NCBI GenBank assembly: GCA_903920005.1 | Contig: CAIXKI010000156.1 | Location: 1,029 to 65,028, forward strand | DNA: 64,000 nt | Direction of reading: 5' to 3' | Origin: an uncultured delta proteobacterium | GTDB lineage: Bacteria > Bdellovibrionota_C > UBA2361 > OMII01 | Part shown: in pieces, positions 19,066-28,737 of the stretch | Layout of the letters: each line of letters begins with the position of its first letter | How positions within the stretch are numbered: the stretch's first letter is position 1 | Position numbers and translations under genes: made by a program | Notes under the pieces: generated by a model | Database searches by the model: none | What the model saw: only the letters and a program-made list of their open reading frames with translations | What the model was told of the DNA's origin: nothing

Positions 19066-19968
19066 CTACGCCGCCGCTACGCTTAGCGGCATGTCTCGGT
19101 GCGCAAGCAGGTTACGATAGACCTCGATAAGAGCGGCTCGAATTGGAATCGCCTGCTCGGCGAGTCGCCTTTGCTCGCCAATGTACTCTTCTCGCCCCGC
19201 CGGAGTTTCAATGCAGATCGGCTCAAACCCTCGATTGCGCAGGTCATACGGGCTTGCTCGCATGTCAATTCGTCGGGCATCGGCCGCCAAAAGAAACGCG
19301 TCGGCGATTAATTCACTCGAACACCACGGGGCTATCTTGTGAGCGAATTTATAAAGGTCCATCGTGACGTGAATACAGGCGCGCTGATCGAAATTAACGG
19401 TTGTCTCGCGGTCTAAATGATTACGATTCAATGGCACGGCCTCCGGAGTGAAAAACCGAAAGGCATCGTAGTGTGTGCACCGAAGATCGGCGTTTTCAAC
19501 GATCGTATCTATCTCTTCCCGAGATAGCCGAAGCGGTTCTTTGCTGTGTCTCGGTTGATCGCTTCTATACACCATAGCCCATTCATGAAGACCGAAGCAG
19601 CTAAATAGAGGCGGACGCTCGGCTATCCTCGACAGGTATGTATGAGCCCACGAAAGGTATGGAGCGCGGCGCTCTGGAAATGAAGAGAGCGGAATCATAA
19701 GACCGTCCGCTACAGGAACGAAATGATCCGGCCAATCTAATTCCTCATGTGAACACGACTGTAGAAGGACACCAGCGCCAGGGCTCCACCGTTTCAGGTG
19801 TGAAGGGCGAAACGGGTAGTACTCGAAGAGAAAGTCGTACACTGGATCCGCGATGTCGCGAGATGAGCGATTAACGCGATCGTCCGCCAGGGCAGACACC
19901 CGTTCGATGTGAGCGGCCCGACGGGCGCTCCATTCGTGTCGCGAGAGCTTATCGAAATCCGAGAGCAT
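19066..19968 (-). CDS. conserved hypothetical protein (I recall this family being annotated as '3-methyladenine DNA glycosylase', without biochemical proof that I know of)
   Basis: FLFEYYPFRPSHL and GLHEWAMVYR blocks. The start was trimmed to the ATG at 19968 because the longer track ORF runs into trpS. Confidence 0.6.
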   Translation of the reverse strand: MLSDFDKLSRHEWSARRAAHIERVSALADDRVNRSSRDIADPVYDFLFEYYPFRPSHLKRWSPGAGVLLQSCSHEELDWPDHFVPVADGLMIPLSSFPERRAPYLSWAHTYLSRIAERPPLFSCFGLHEWAMVYRSDQPRHSKEPLRLSREEIDTIVENADLRCTHYDAFRFFTPEAVPLNRNHLDRETTVNFDQRACIHVTMDLYKFAHKIAPWCSSELIADAFLLAADARRIDMRASPYDLRNRGFEPICIETPAGREEYIGEQRRLAEQAIPIRAALIEVYRNLLAHRDMPLSVAAA

Positions 19969-20935
19969 GGCGGACTCGATTAAGGGTTGGATGGGCCAGG
20001 GCCTTCGCTTTCTCCGCACCTTTCTTAAGCTCATTCCGAAGAAGCGCTTCGTCCTTGCGGAATTCATTGTAACGATCACGCTTCTCTTTTATGTGCTCGT
20101 TTATGACCTGGAAGAGCTCCTCTTTTGCGTGCCCCCAACCTAATCCGCCCTTTTGAAGGCGTCCTGCGAGATCGTCAAACTGAGCTACCGAGCCGAAGTA
20201 CGTATAGAGATCGCCAACGAGTGATCCTTTGAGGGTTTTAGGCTCTTCAAGGCCGGTAGAATCGGTCTTGATTGACATTATCTTTTTGCGAAGGGTCTTT
20301 TCGTCACAGAATAGTGGGACTTCGTTGTTATAAGACTTCGACATCTTCTGTCCGTCTAGGCCAGGAATAATCATGACCCGCTCATCGATTAAAGCCTCCG
20401 GAAGTTTAAGGATCTCCCCGTAGAGAGCGTTCAGGGAGCCTGCCATGTCACGAGTGAATTCAATGTGCTGCTTCTGGTCCTTTCCAACAGGAACTACATC
20501 TGGCTCATACATAAGGATATCGGCGGCCATAAGGACTGGATACGCGAAGGTCCCGTGGTTTATCTCAAGGCCCTTTGCCAACGAATCCTTGTATGCGTGA
20601 GCCTTTTCAAGCAGACCGAGGCCCGTAACGCAACTTAAGTACCACGCGAACTCGGTGACTTCGGTAACGTCTGACTGCCTGAAGAGGGTGTGCTTATCGG
20701 TATCGAGCCCAAGAGCCAGCCATGTCGCGACCTGATCGAGGGTCTGAGTCGCGAGCGCGTTTCCGTCACGTTGCGTTGTAAGGGAGTGAAGATCTGCGAT
20801 GAAGTAGATGCAGTCGTAGGTCTTTGTGAGCTCGAGGGCAGGGAGGAGCGTTCCAAGGTAGTTACCGAGGTGCAGATTCCCAGTGACCTTAAGCCCCGTG
20901 AGCGATCGTTTCTTGTTCGTGGTCATGTGATTCAC
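19949..20935 (-). CDS. trpS: tryptophan--tRNA ligase
   Basis: Class I synthetase HIGH-type motif (TGNLHLGNYLG) and KMSKS motif (QKMSKS). The overall layout (YPVLMAADIL, VPVGKDQKQHIE) is TrpRS. Confidence 0.95.
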   Translation of the reverse strand: MNHMTTNKKRSLTGLKVTGNLHLGNYLGTLLPALELTKTYDCIYFIADLHSLTTQRDGNALATQTLDQVATWLALGLDTDKHTLFRQSDVTEVTEFAWYLSCVTGLGLLEKAHAYKDSLAKGLEINHGTFAYPVLMAADILMYEPDVVPVGKDQKQHIEFTRDMAGSLNALYGEILKLPEALIDERVMIIPGLDGQKMSKSYNNEVPLFCDEKTLRKKIMSIKTDSTGLEEPKTLKGSLVGDLYTYFGSVAQFDDLAGRLQKGGLGWGHAKEELFQVINEHIKEKRDRYNEFRKDEALLRNELKKGAEKAKALAHPTLNRVRHALGFR

Positions 20936-22073
20936 TTCTCCTTACGATATTGAACGAGCTGTCTCGCTGCAGCGGGGTGAAGCCCGCTTGTCTGATATGA
21001 ATCTCAAGCTCCTCAGGGCTCATCGACCACTTCGTTGCGGTCGGGGCGCCAGCTTGGGATACGACGTTTTCCTCCATCATGGTGCTTCCGATGTCGTCAC
21101 ACCCTGCATGAAGTCCTATCTCCGCGACATCAGGACCACACGTTGGCCAACTTGATTGATGGTGCTTGATGTTGTCTAGGAAGATCCGGCTAAACGCTAC
21201 ATTTTTGAGATACTCAACAGCGCCTGCTCCGTAGTTCGCCGCGTGTCGACTTCGACCCAGAGAGGTGCGCTCATTGAACTGGTGAGTCCATGAGATGAAG
21301 AGGTTAAATCCCGGATGACCTGCCGCGAGCGATCTGTCTTGGAGATCTCGAAGTCGTTGAAGGTGATTCACTCGGTGCTGTAATGTCTCTCCGAAACCGA
21401 TCACCATCGTCGCTGTCGTGACGAGGTCAAGTTTCTGAGCCTCCTCCATCACCTCAATCCACCGACCAGCGGAGATCTTCTTCGGACTGATTCGCTTGCG
21501 CACCTCATCGTCTAAGATCTCTCCCCCGCCGCCCGGCAATCCATGAAGTCCGACTGCTTTCAAGTCTCGAAGAACCTCACCAGCGGTGCGCCCAGAGACG
21601 AGTGTCATCTGATGTATCTCGGAGGGCGAAAACGCGTTGAGATCGATCGTGAAGGTGGTGTGTAACCAATCGATCATCTCGATGTAGAAGGAGTAGGGAA
21701 GCTCGTCGTTATGACCGCCCTGGAGAAGGATGCGAGTCGCCCCAAGTTCCTTCGCCTCAGCGACCTTTTCAGTCATCGTTTCGCGCGAGAGGACGTAGGC
21801 CTCAGGGTCTCGGGGATTGTGACGATAGAAAGCGCAGAATGAGCAGTCTGAGTTACAGACGTTCGTGTAGTTGATATTCCGGTCGATCAGGTAGGTAACA
21901 TTACGCTCCGGATTATTTCGGAAGCGCACTATTTGTGCGAGCGTCGCGAGCTCTGAAAACTCAAATAGTCTCCACATCTCAAGCGCTTCCTCTGCTGAAA
22001 TGCGCGCCCCGTTCTGAACTTTCTCGGTCAGGTATTGTTTTGTGATCACGCTTAGAACTCCCGTATTTCCCAC
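20889..22073 (-). CDS. radical SAM menaquinone (futalosine pathway) enzyme, MqnC/MqnE family
   Basis: The IDRNINYTNVCNSDCSFCAFYR CxxxCxxC cluster and the 394-aa length fit the CofH/MqnC/MqnE group. I cannot separate MqnC from MqnE by eye. Confidence 0.75.
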   Translation of the reverse strand: MGNTGVLSVITKQYLTEKVQNGARISAEEALEMWRLFEFSELATLAQIVRFRNNPERNVTYLIDRNINYTNVCNSDCSFCAFYRHNPRDPEAYVLSRETMTEKVAEAKELGATRILLQGGHNDELPYSFYIEMIDWLHTTFTIDLNAFSPSEIHQMTLVSGRTAGEVLRDLKAVGLHGLPGGGGEILDDEVRKRISPKKISAGRWIEVMEEAQKLDLVTTATMVIGFGETLQHRVNHLQRLRDLQDRSLAAGHPGFNLFISWTHQFNERTSLGRSRHAANYGAGAVEYLKNVAFSRIFLDNIKHHQSSWPTCGPDVAEIGLHAGCDDIGSTMMEENVVSQAGAPTATKWSMSPEELEIHIRQAGFTPLQRDSSFNIVRRSESHDHEQETIAHGA

Positions 22074-22241
22074 CCTATTGTTCGGTTAAATTCAAGAAAT
22101 GTAAAGTGTTGGGATGATTGGGATTTCTCGCAAAGAATACAATAACTTCGATTGCCCCTGGTTGGCGCGCGTGGGACAATTATGGAGAGGTGCGGGGTCG
22201 AGGCCGATAGCCTTCCACAATCCATTAAGAGGGACAGGGGG

Positions 22242-23726
22242 ATGGCGCCCAACATTTTGTACTTAGGGATAGACCAGGGGTCGAGCTCAACGAAGGGGGC
22301 GCTCCTTGATGACAGCGGCATGGCCCATGCAGAATTTGTTGTGGCGGTTCCTCCTCGGCTCGAGAACGATCGAGAAGTGGAGCAGGATCCGGAAGGTTTG
22401 TTATCCTCCGTTGTTGAGGTCTTCCTCAAAGCCAAGCAGTGGGCTCAGCAACACCAGTACGACATTGCGGCTGCTGGAATCGCCGCGCAGCGTTCGGGAG
22501 TTCTTGCCTGGAGGGCGCTCGACGGCACCGTTGTTCATCCCATGATCACATGGGCTGATACCCGTACCTATCCGATCATTCAGGATTTAGGAAAAGCTAC
22601 AGAGCGGATCTCTGAGCTCACCGGCCTACCGACGATTCCAAATTTCGCTGCCGGAAAGATTCACCTCCTGCAGATGCGGCATCTTGAGCCGTCAGTCAAG
22701 GTCGGAACGCTTGATAGCTTCATCCTCTATCGCCTTAGCGCTCGAGAGAAATTTGTAACCGAAGATACGATGGCGGCGCGTACCATGCTGTACGGTCTCA
22801 AAGACGCCTCTTGGAATGAGCGATTGTGCCGAGATTTTAGAGTTGATCGGAAGCGATTAGCCACAATTGTGCCCTCGTTACATCGTCACGCCGTTTTCGA
22901 GGAGATTCCGATTATGGCTCTCCTTGGAGATCAGCAGGCTGCTGTGCTAGGTCACGGCAGACATGAGGGGCACGCGCTCCTCAATCTCGGAACGATTGCG
23001 TCGCTGCTAAAAGAGACGGGCGCGCGGGCAATTCAGAAAACAGGACTCATGACGAGCGTGCTCTTGTCACGTGAGCTACCGGATAGCACTGACCGAGCAG
23101 CACGGTACCTCATAGAGACAACCTCTCCGATCACAGGAACGGTATCTATGGAGCCGGTGCGTCGCGGATGGTGTAATGACTCGACAACCATAAACTCGAT
23201 GTGTGAAGAGTCGCAGGCAGCCAATCCAGGAGGCGCTGCGATCGCGTATTTTGTGCACCATCGTCCCCATCCACCATACTTTCCAGTGAGGACACCTAAT
23301 GTCCTCGTGGCTCGTCCCGAAGCGACGATCGCGGATAAGACACGAGCGATCGTGGAAAACGTCGGGAATCTTATTGTCAGAATGATCGAGGAATTCTCGG
23401 AAAAAGGGATTCTTGAGTCTACGTCAGAGATCTTTACGGCCGGTGGCGGGTCCGATCTAGAGTATCTTCTTCGCTATATCTCCGATGTTTCCGGGAGGAC
23501 CCTCCATCGACTTGCTATGCGCGAGGCGACCGCCCGAGGAGCCGCATTCGCCGCTCGGGCGAGCCTACTTGGGCTTGAAGAACCCTACGGGCCAGCTCTA
23601 GAAGAGGTGACAGCAACCTATCACCCAACAAATCCCGATCGGCGCCGACGCTACCTTCAGTGGCAGCGTCTTGAGCAGGATGTGTTGAACAATAGCCTGC
23701 CTGCCCACGCCGAGATCGAGGAGTAA
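22242..23726 (+). CDS. FGGY-family carbohydrate kinase (glycerol/xylulose kinase-like)
   Basis: The N-terminal YLGIDQGSSSTKGALLD phosphate-1 motif and the later GDQQAAVLG and FTAGGGS motifs are present. The start was trimmed to the ATG at 22242. Confidence 0.75.
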   Translation: MAPNILYLGIDQGSSSTKGALLDDSGMAHAEFVVAVPPRLENDREVEQDPEGLLSSVVEVFLKAKQWAQQHQYDIAAAGIAAQRSGVLAWRALDGTVVHPMITWADTRTYPIIQDLGKATERISELTGLPTIPNFAAGKIHLLQMRHLEPSVKVGTLDSFILYRLSAREKFVTEDTMAARTMLYGLKDASWNERLCRDFRVDRKRLATIVPSLHRHAVFEEIPIMALLGDQQAAVLGHGRHEGHALLNLGTIASLLKETGARAIQKTGLMTSVLLSRELPDSTDRAARYLIETTSPITGTVSMEPVRRGWCNDSTTINSMCEESQAANPGGAAIAYFVHHRPHPPYFPVRTPNVLVARPEATIADKTRAIVENVGNLIVRMIEEFSEKGILESTSEIFTAGGGSDLEYLLRYISDVSGRTLHRLAMREATARGAAFAARASLLGLEEPYGPALEEVTATYHPTNPDRRRRYLQWQRLEQDVLNNSLPAHAEIEE

Positions 23727-23870
23727 ATTCACAACCTCAGGCGGGGCGGTATTTCGAATCCTCTTTACCTCTCGAGGACCAATCGTCGCGCCGCCATATT
23801 CGAGAATTCTACTTTGCAGCCCCGTTTGCGGCGTGTAGAACGTAATGACATCCTGCATCCAAGGTGATCT

Positions 23871-24299
23871 ATGGAATCGTGGCATTGGTTCGTTATCGGT
23901 ATTGCGGCGCTTGCCTTCGAAATATTTCTCTCTACGGGATTTTATCTCTTTATTCTCGGTATCGCCGCGCTCGTTGTGGGTATTATCGCCACACTCGGTA
24001 TAGTTTCGGGCTGGCAGACAGAAGCCATTGTCTTCGTTGTTTCGGCGGTTGTTTTGTGGACCTTCCTTGCCGAAAAGTTGCAAAAGCTAATTCGAAAGGG
24101 AGAGCAAGAGGTATCTGGGGTCGTGGGCCAGACGGTCAAGGCCACAGAGACCATCTTGCCCCGACAAAGGGGCGCCGGAGAGTTGTGGGGGTCGACGTGG
24201 CGATTGGAGAATATAGGTGAGAGTGAGGTCCCTTCAGGGGCTGAATGCAGCGTCGTTTCAAGTGACGGGATCACCCTTCAGGTAAAACTTAAAAAGTAA
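23871..24299 (+). CDS. NfeD-family membrane protein
   Basis: Three N-terminal TM helices plus a C-terminal OB-like tail (GQTVKATE...GELWGSTWRLEN...VVSSDGITLQV). It sits upstream of an SPFH gene, the classic NfeD-SPFH pairing. Confidence 0.8.
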   Translation: MESWHWFVIGIAALAFEIFLSTGFYLFILGIAALVVGIIATLGIVSGWQTEAIVFVVSAVVLWTFLAEKLQKLIRKGEQEVSGVVGQTVKATETILPRQRGAGELWGSTWRLENIGESEVPSGAECSVVSSDGITLQVKLKK

Positions 24300-24311
24300 G
24301 AGGTACGTGCT

Positions 24312-25283
24312 ATGTCAATAGTTCTCGGATTTTTCGTCTTTCTTACCTGCCTCACTATTTACAAGGGCGCGGTCGTCGTTCCGCAGCAGATGCGATACGT
24401 CGTTGAACGGCTTGGTAAGTTTCATGCGACACTCGACGCGGGGTTTCACATCCTCATCCCGTACCTAGATACCGTTCGCTACCGCCACTCAACCAAGGAG
24501 CATGTGATCGATATTCCTGAGCAGGTATGTATCACAAGTGATAACGTGCAGGTGGCTGTGGATGGAGTCGTATACGTTCGCGTCATTGACGCAAAGGCAG
24601 CATCGTACGGCATTGATGACTATCTGTTCGGGCTCACTCAACTTGCCCAGACAACTCTACGCAGTGAGATCGGTAAGATCGAGCTCGATAAGACCTTTGA
24701 GGCCAGGGCGCACATTAACTCCAACGTAGTGACAGAAGTAGATAAGGCCGCTGAGTCGTGGGGCGTAAAGGTTCTTCGCTACGAGATCAAGAACATCACA
24801 CCGCCAAGAGAGGTCATTACGGCGATGGAAAAACAGATGAAAGCAGAGCGTGAAAAGCGCGCGGCGATCCTAGCGTCTGAGGGTCAGCGTGATTCGGCGA
24901 TCAACTCAGCAGAGGGAGAGAAACAGCGCCAAATCAAGGACTCTGAGGCGAGTATGATGTCTCAGATTAATCGCGCGAAGGGAGAAGCCGAGGCGATCCT
25001 TGAGGTTGCTCGTGCTACTGCTGAGGGACTACGCCTCGTTGGGGAGTCTCTTCAATCCAATGGTGGTCAACGAGCTATGGAGTTGCGAATCGCTGAGCAG
25101 TACTTACCTCAGTTCGGTCGTATCGCCCAAAAGAGTAGTACGGTAGTTATACCGGCGAATCTTACTGACGTGGGTGGAATTATCGCCATGGCGAAGGGGA
25201 TACTCCAACCGCAGAGTGGCAACGCGACGGCTACCGAGACTACGAACGGAGCTCCTGGTGGAAACACAAGTCAGTGGTCATAG
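24312..25283 (+). CDS. SPFH/band-7 (stomatin/slipin-like) protein
   Basis: N-terminal TM helix, then the SPFH core (VVERLGKFHATLDAGFHILIPYLD..., LRSEIGKIELDKTFE, ITPPREVITAMEKQMKAEREKRA). Confidence 0.9.
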   Translation: MSIVLGFFVFLTCLTIYKGAVVVPQQMRYVVERLGKFHATLDAGFHILIPYLDTVRYRHSTKEHVIDIPEQVCITSDNVQVAVDGVVYVRVIDAKAASYGIDDYLFGLTQLAQTTLRSEIGKIELDKTFEARAHINSNVVTEVDKAAESWGVKVLRYEIKNITPPREVITAMEKQMKAEREKRAAILASEGQRDSAINSAEGEKQRQIKDSEASMMSQINRAKGEAEAILEVARATAEGLRLVGESLQSNGGQRAMELRIAEQYLPQFGRIAQKSSTVVIPANLTDVGGIIAMAKGILQPQSGNATATETTNGAPGGNTSQWS

Positions 25284-25337
25284 TCAGTTGTCTCAGTCAG
25301 TAGTATTAGTCAGTAATCTCCAAAGAGAGACCTTCCG

Positions 25338-25715
25338 ATGACACACAGTATTATTCACACTCGTTCAGTGCTCTCGACGTTCTCGGAGGCCTCCGCGCCG
25401 GGAACGGTAGAGGTGATAGAGTTTTGCCAGGGCGACCGCGTGAAGCGAGGCGTATCAACCGCGCTCAAGTGTCTCGGTGTTACGCTCGTTTGTTTATTCA
25501 TTCCCGGCGCGCACTTCATTTTGGTGCCCCTCGGGTTACTCCTTACCCCAGTGATTGTGTTCATGGTGGCGAGGATACCGACAAAGATCCTCTCATCAAA
25601 TGTCTCCTGTCCTAAATGTTGTGTGCCGCTCGCCATTCTCTCGACAAAAGAGAGATATCCACTCTATGAAAACTGCTCCACCTGTCATCGTGAGATCACG
25701 ATAGTTCCGACATAA
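25338..25715 (+). CDS. hypothetical membrane protein with a C-terminal CxxC...CxxC zinc-ribbon
   Basis: 125 aa with two TM helices, then CPKCC...CSTCH. It is on the same strand as NfeD-SPFH, 54 nt downstream. Confidence 0.5.
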   Translation: MTHSIIHTRSVLSTFSEASAPGTVEVIEFCQGDRVKRGVSTALKCLGVTLVCLFIPGAHFILVPLGLLLTPVIVFMVARIPTKILSSNVSCPKCCVPLAILSTKERYPLYENCSTCHREITIVPT

Positions 25716-25752
25716 TATGCTCTCGTGTTCACAGTGAGTTCCTCAGGGACTT

Positions 25753-25835
25753 AGCTCATTAAAGAGAGCGGTCGTTGGCCGGTACCTCTCTCGAGTCGGG
25801 AATATTCTCGTTCTACAAAGGAAGATGGCGGAGCC
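25753..25835 (+). promoter_or_regulatory. orphan copy of the hsp20 leader/promoter element
   Basis: About 83 nt, roughly 80% identical by eye to 28738..28820 (AGCTCATTAAAGAGAGCGGTC...GGTACCT.TCTCG...GGGAATATTC.CG...AAAGGAAGATGG.GGA). No hsp gene follows it. Confidence 0.6.
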
Positions 25836-26169
25836 CCCCAATATTTCTCTCAGAGACCGCGCGGTGAAAATTCGTTCGCCATATGATTTCAAATCATATC
25901 AGTAGGTCTAAAAAGTTCAGGCAGTTGCCTACATTCTCGTGTCGTAAATTCCCAGGCCACCTATCAGTGTATATGTTTTTAAAACATCTACATCGAGATT
26001 TCTGTTAAGCACTAGCAGTGGCGCAACGTTCGTAACCGGGCGGATTTCCCTAAGCGGGAAGATAATTTTAAATCATATTACACTCTGGTCCGTTTACGCG
26101 CTGTCTCTGAGAGAAAAAGCACAGGAAATAGTTATCAGCGGGAGAGGGGGGTCTTCGTTTGGGAGGGGG

Positions 26170-27012
26170 TTAATTAAATATCGCGATGAGCGCCCCAAAC
26201 AGGCAGAGTCCCGCAGATACGGCTCTGTGGAGATAGATCTCTTTGTTCCATCCATTCATGAGCACTTCAAGCGCAAAGACAACTGAGATTGTCATTTGAA
26301 ATACGATGTACGTTGTAGACATCTCTCCGATCGCAAGTGCGTTGATACCAAAGGCGTAGGACGATGCATTCAAGAGCGGCACTGAAAGAATGAGTCCGTT
26401 GCTCTTTCGAATAGTTGATGGAATGTCTTTGATGTCTCTCCAGCCGAGGACTGCGTATACAATTCCTGGTAAAATAAAACCGGAGAGGATGATGATTTCT
26501 GACGGGGTTGAGGCGGTGAGGTGTTTGGTGATGATCATCGCTGTTGCGATTAAGGCTGCACTCCCTAGTTTGCACATGAATCCGTGAGACGCATTAACGA
26601 TCGCGCGACGAGCTTCATAGACAATTCCTACCACGATGATGAGCGCTCCAAGGAACTTCAACGCCGAGCACTCCTCGTGGAACATCAGAAATCCTGCCGC
26701 CAAGGAGACGATGAACGTGAGGGTGTGGAATATCTCTCCCGCCGAAGCATCGATCTGCTTCATGGCGAGGATGTCGAGGAACGCGGCGAGGGAGAAGAGA
26801 GCGCCGGTCGCAAGAAGAAGTGAGATCTGGACCATCGATAGTTGCGAGAGGTCGGGAATGCCAAGGATTGGCAGCAGCACTAAAGCAGCACCGATGTGAT
26901 AGAGGATGAGAGTTGGCCATGCGCTCTCGCTTGCGACGACGCAGTGCTTGAGCGTAACGCGAAGAAGCGCTGTTGTGAGAACTGACAAAAGCGCAAATAG
27001 GAGCCCGTCCAT
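26170..27012 (-). CDS. EamA/DMT-superfamily transporter
   Basis: 280 aa with about 10 predicted TM helices in two EamA-like halves. Confidence 0.7.
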   Translation of the reverse strand: MDGLLFALLSVLTTALLRVTLKHCVVASESAWPTLILYHIGAALVLLPILGIPDLSQLSMVQISLLLATGALFSLAAFLDILAMKQIDASAGEIFHTLTFIVSLAAGFLMFHEECSALKFLGALIIVVGIVYEARRAIVNASHGFMCKLGSAALIATAMIITKHLTASTPSEIIILSGFILPGIVYAVLGWRDIKDIPSTIRKSNGLILSVPLLNASSYAFGINALAIGEMSTTYIVFQMTISVVFALEVLMNGWNKEIYLHRAVSAGLCLFGALIAIFN

Positions 27013-27411
27013 ACAACCCTACAACATATAACCTGTCCGGCAGCGGTGATTTGCCGCCGGAAGCTATCCTGTAATCTGGAGGTGTGTGGTGTTTGCTTCA
27101 TAATATGTCGGAATAGGGCGGTATGAGGCGTGGTTTTGAGGGAATTTCGTAGGGGGTAGGAGGGCTCTCGCAGTGGCGAAAAAAAGGGACGCTACCCTTG
27201 TGGAGTTTAAGGGTCTTGTTCTGGCGATGTCAGAAAATTCGGCGACGCTTCGCTACGATTTGATGGGGAATAAGGAGCGGCAGCCAAAGGCGGAGGAGGC
27301 TCCGACGGCGCAGGATTAGTTCGAGAAGGGGACGCCGAGTTGATACATACCAATGTGGCGTCTCGTCTCGGAGATAGAAACGCCCCCGTGGCACTCCGGC
27401 GGAGAGGTATA

Positions 27412-27457
27412 AGGGCGGCGCTCCACCTTCCGGAGGGAAAGGTGGGAGCGCCGCCCT
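27412..27457. other. long GC-rich hairpin in a gene-free region
   Basis: AGGGCGGCGCTCCACCTT - CCGGAGGGA - AAGGTGGGAGCGCCGCCCT forms an 18-19-bp stem with one bulged C. It lies 85 nt upstream of the TauE gene. Confidence 0.4.
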
Positions 27458-27541
27458 CTGCTTCACCCCTTTCGTTATTGCCTGAACCAAAGCGAAAAAA
27501 ACCTCCTACCCTTTCAAATTAAAATTGAAGAGGATGGGCTC

Positions 27542-28336
27542 ATGATCGAGTTCATCATTATTGTAGGAGCGGGATTCCTCTGCGGCTTCTTTAACACGGT
27601 TGCCTCAAGCGGTTCTGCCGTTACGTTACCGCTCCTGGTCTTCCTTGGACTCCCGCCGGCGATGGCCAACGGCACAAACCGTCTCCCAGTCGTGATCGGC
27701 TCGGTCATGGCAAGTATCACCTTCATCAGGGCTGGCCTCATCGACCGCGGGCTTGCTTTCAAAATAGTTGCGCCCAGCCTGTTCGGTGGCGTCGTGGGAG
27801 CGCTACTTGTTGATTACATCACCCCGAAGCATCTACAGGTTTTGATCGTAGGTGCCGTCGTCATGGCCTTGATTCTCCTCTTCACCAGCATCAAACAAGC
27901 TCTGCAGAAAACTTTTGAGGAACCCCACCGGTATCGCTACAGAGATGTCTTCTATCTCCTCCTTATCGGCATCTGGATGGGGCTGATCGTTCTCGACAGC
28001 GCTACATATCTGTTGATGTTGTTGGTTTTGTCCATGCGACTCCAGCTTCCCGTCGCCAACGGCTACAAGAATATTGTCATAGCAGTTGTCTCAACAATCT
28101 CACTGGTTATTCTGGCGATTGATAGGAGTATCGACTGGAAGACAGGTTCTATTCTCGCCGGAGGCAGTGTAATCGGTGGCTATGTCGGTGCGAAATTTGC
28201 GATGCACCCCCTAGCCAAAAAGTGGACGTACCGTTTACTGGTGGTGATTATCATCCTAGAGCTGGGCCATATATTGGTGAGATATGCTACGGGCACGCTG
28301 ATATCCACAGCGGCGATGAATATGCCAAAGCTCTAG
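27542..28336 (+). CDS. TauE/SafE-family (sulfite exporter-like) membrane protein
   Basis: 264 aa, polytopic. GFFNTVASSGSAVTLPLLVFLGLPP.MANGTNRL is the typical TauE N-terminal block. Confidence 0.75.
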   Translation: MIEFIIIVGAGFLCGFFNTVASSGSAVTLPLLVFLGLPPAMANGTNRLPVVIGSVMASITFIRAGLIDRGLAFKIVAPSLFGGVVGALLVDYITPKHLQVLIVGAVVMALILLFTSIKQALQKTFEEPHRYRYRDVFYLLLIGIWMGLIVLDSATYLLMLLVLSMRLQLPVANGYKNIVIAVVSTISLVILAIDRSIDWKTGSILAGGSVIGGYVGAKFAMHPLAKKWTYRLLVVIIILELGHILVRYATGTLISTAAMNMPKL

Positions 28337-28737
28337 CGGCCCCTCCCACTGGTACACCCTATTTTTCAAAAGCAGGTGAAGTGGTTGATATCGTCGGCTG
28401 GCTATACCTATTTCTGATTTGCGTTGCGGCTCTGAAGAGCTCGGGCGATCTCGACCAAGTAGCGTGTGCCAGCGGGAGAGCGGCAATCGGTGAATTTCAA
28501 GGAAGAGACTTATAATAACGGGGTCTTGAGAAGCGAAGGCCTTCAAGACTCAAGCGGAACGCCTCAGACCGCAGACTGGGAATTAAAATTATACGCCTCG
28601 TACAGAAGTGGGTGTTCCTCTTCTCTCGATAAAAGCGAGCTATCCGCTCGACGAAAGCTGTTCCACTTTTCATCGTGAGACCATGAAAGTGTTGGCGTAA
28701 GACTTTGAAGTATCTAACGCCATTTATACGGTGACTC

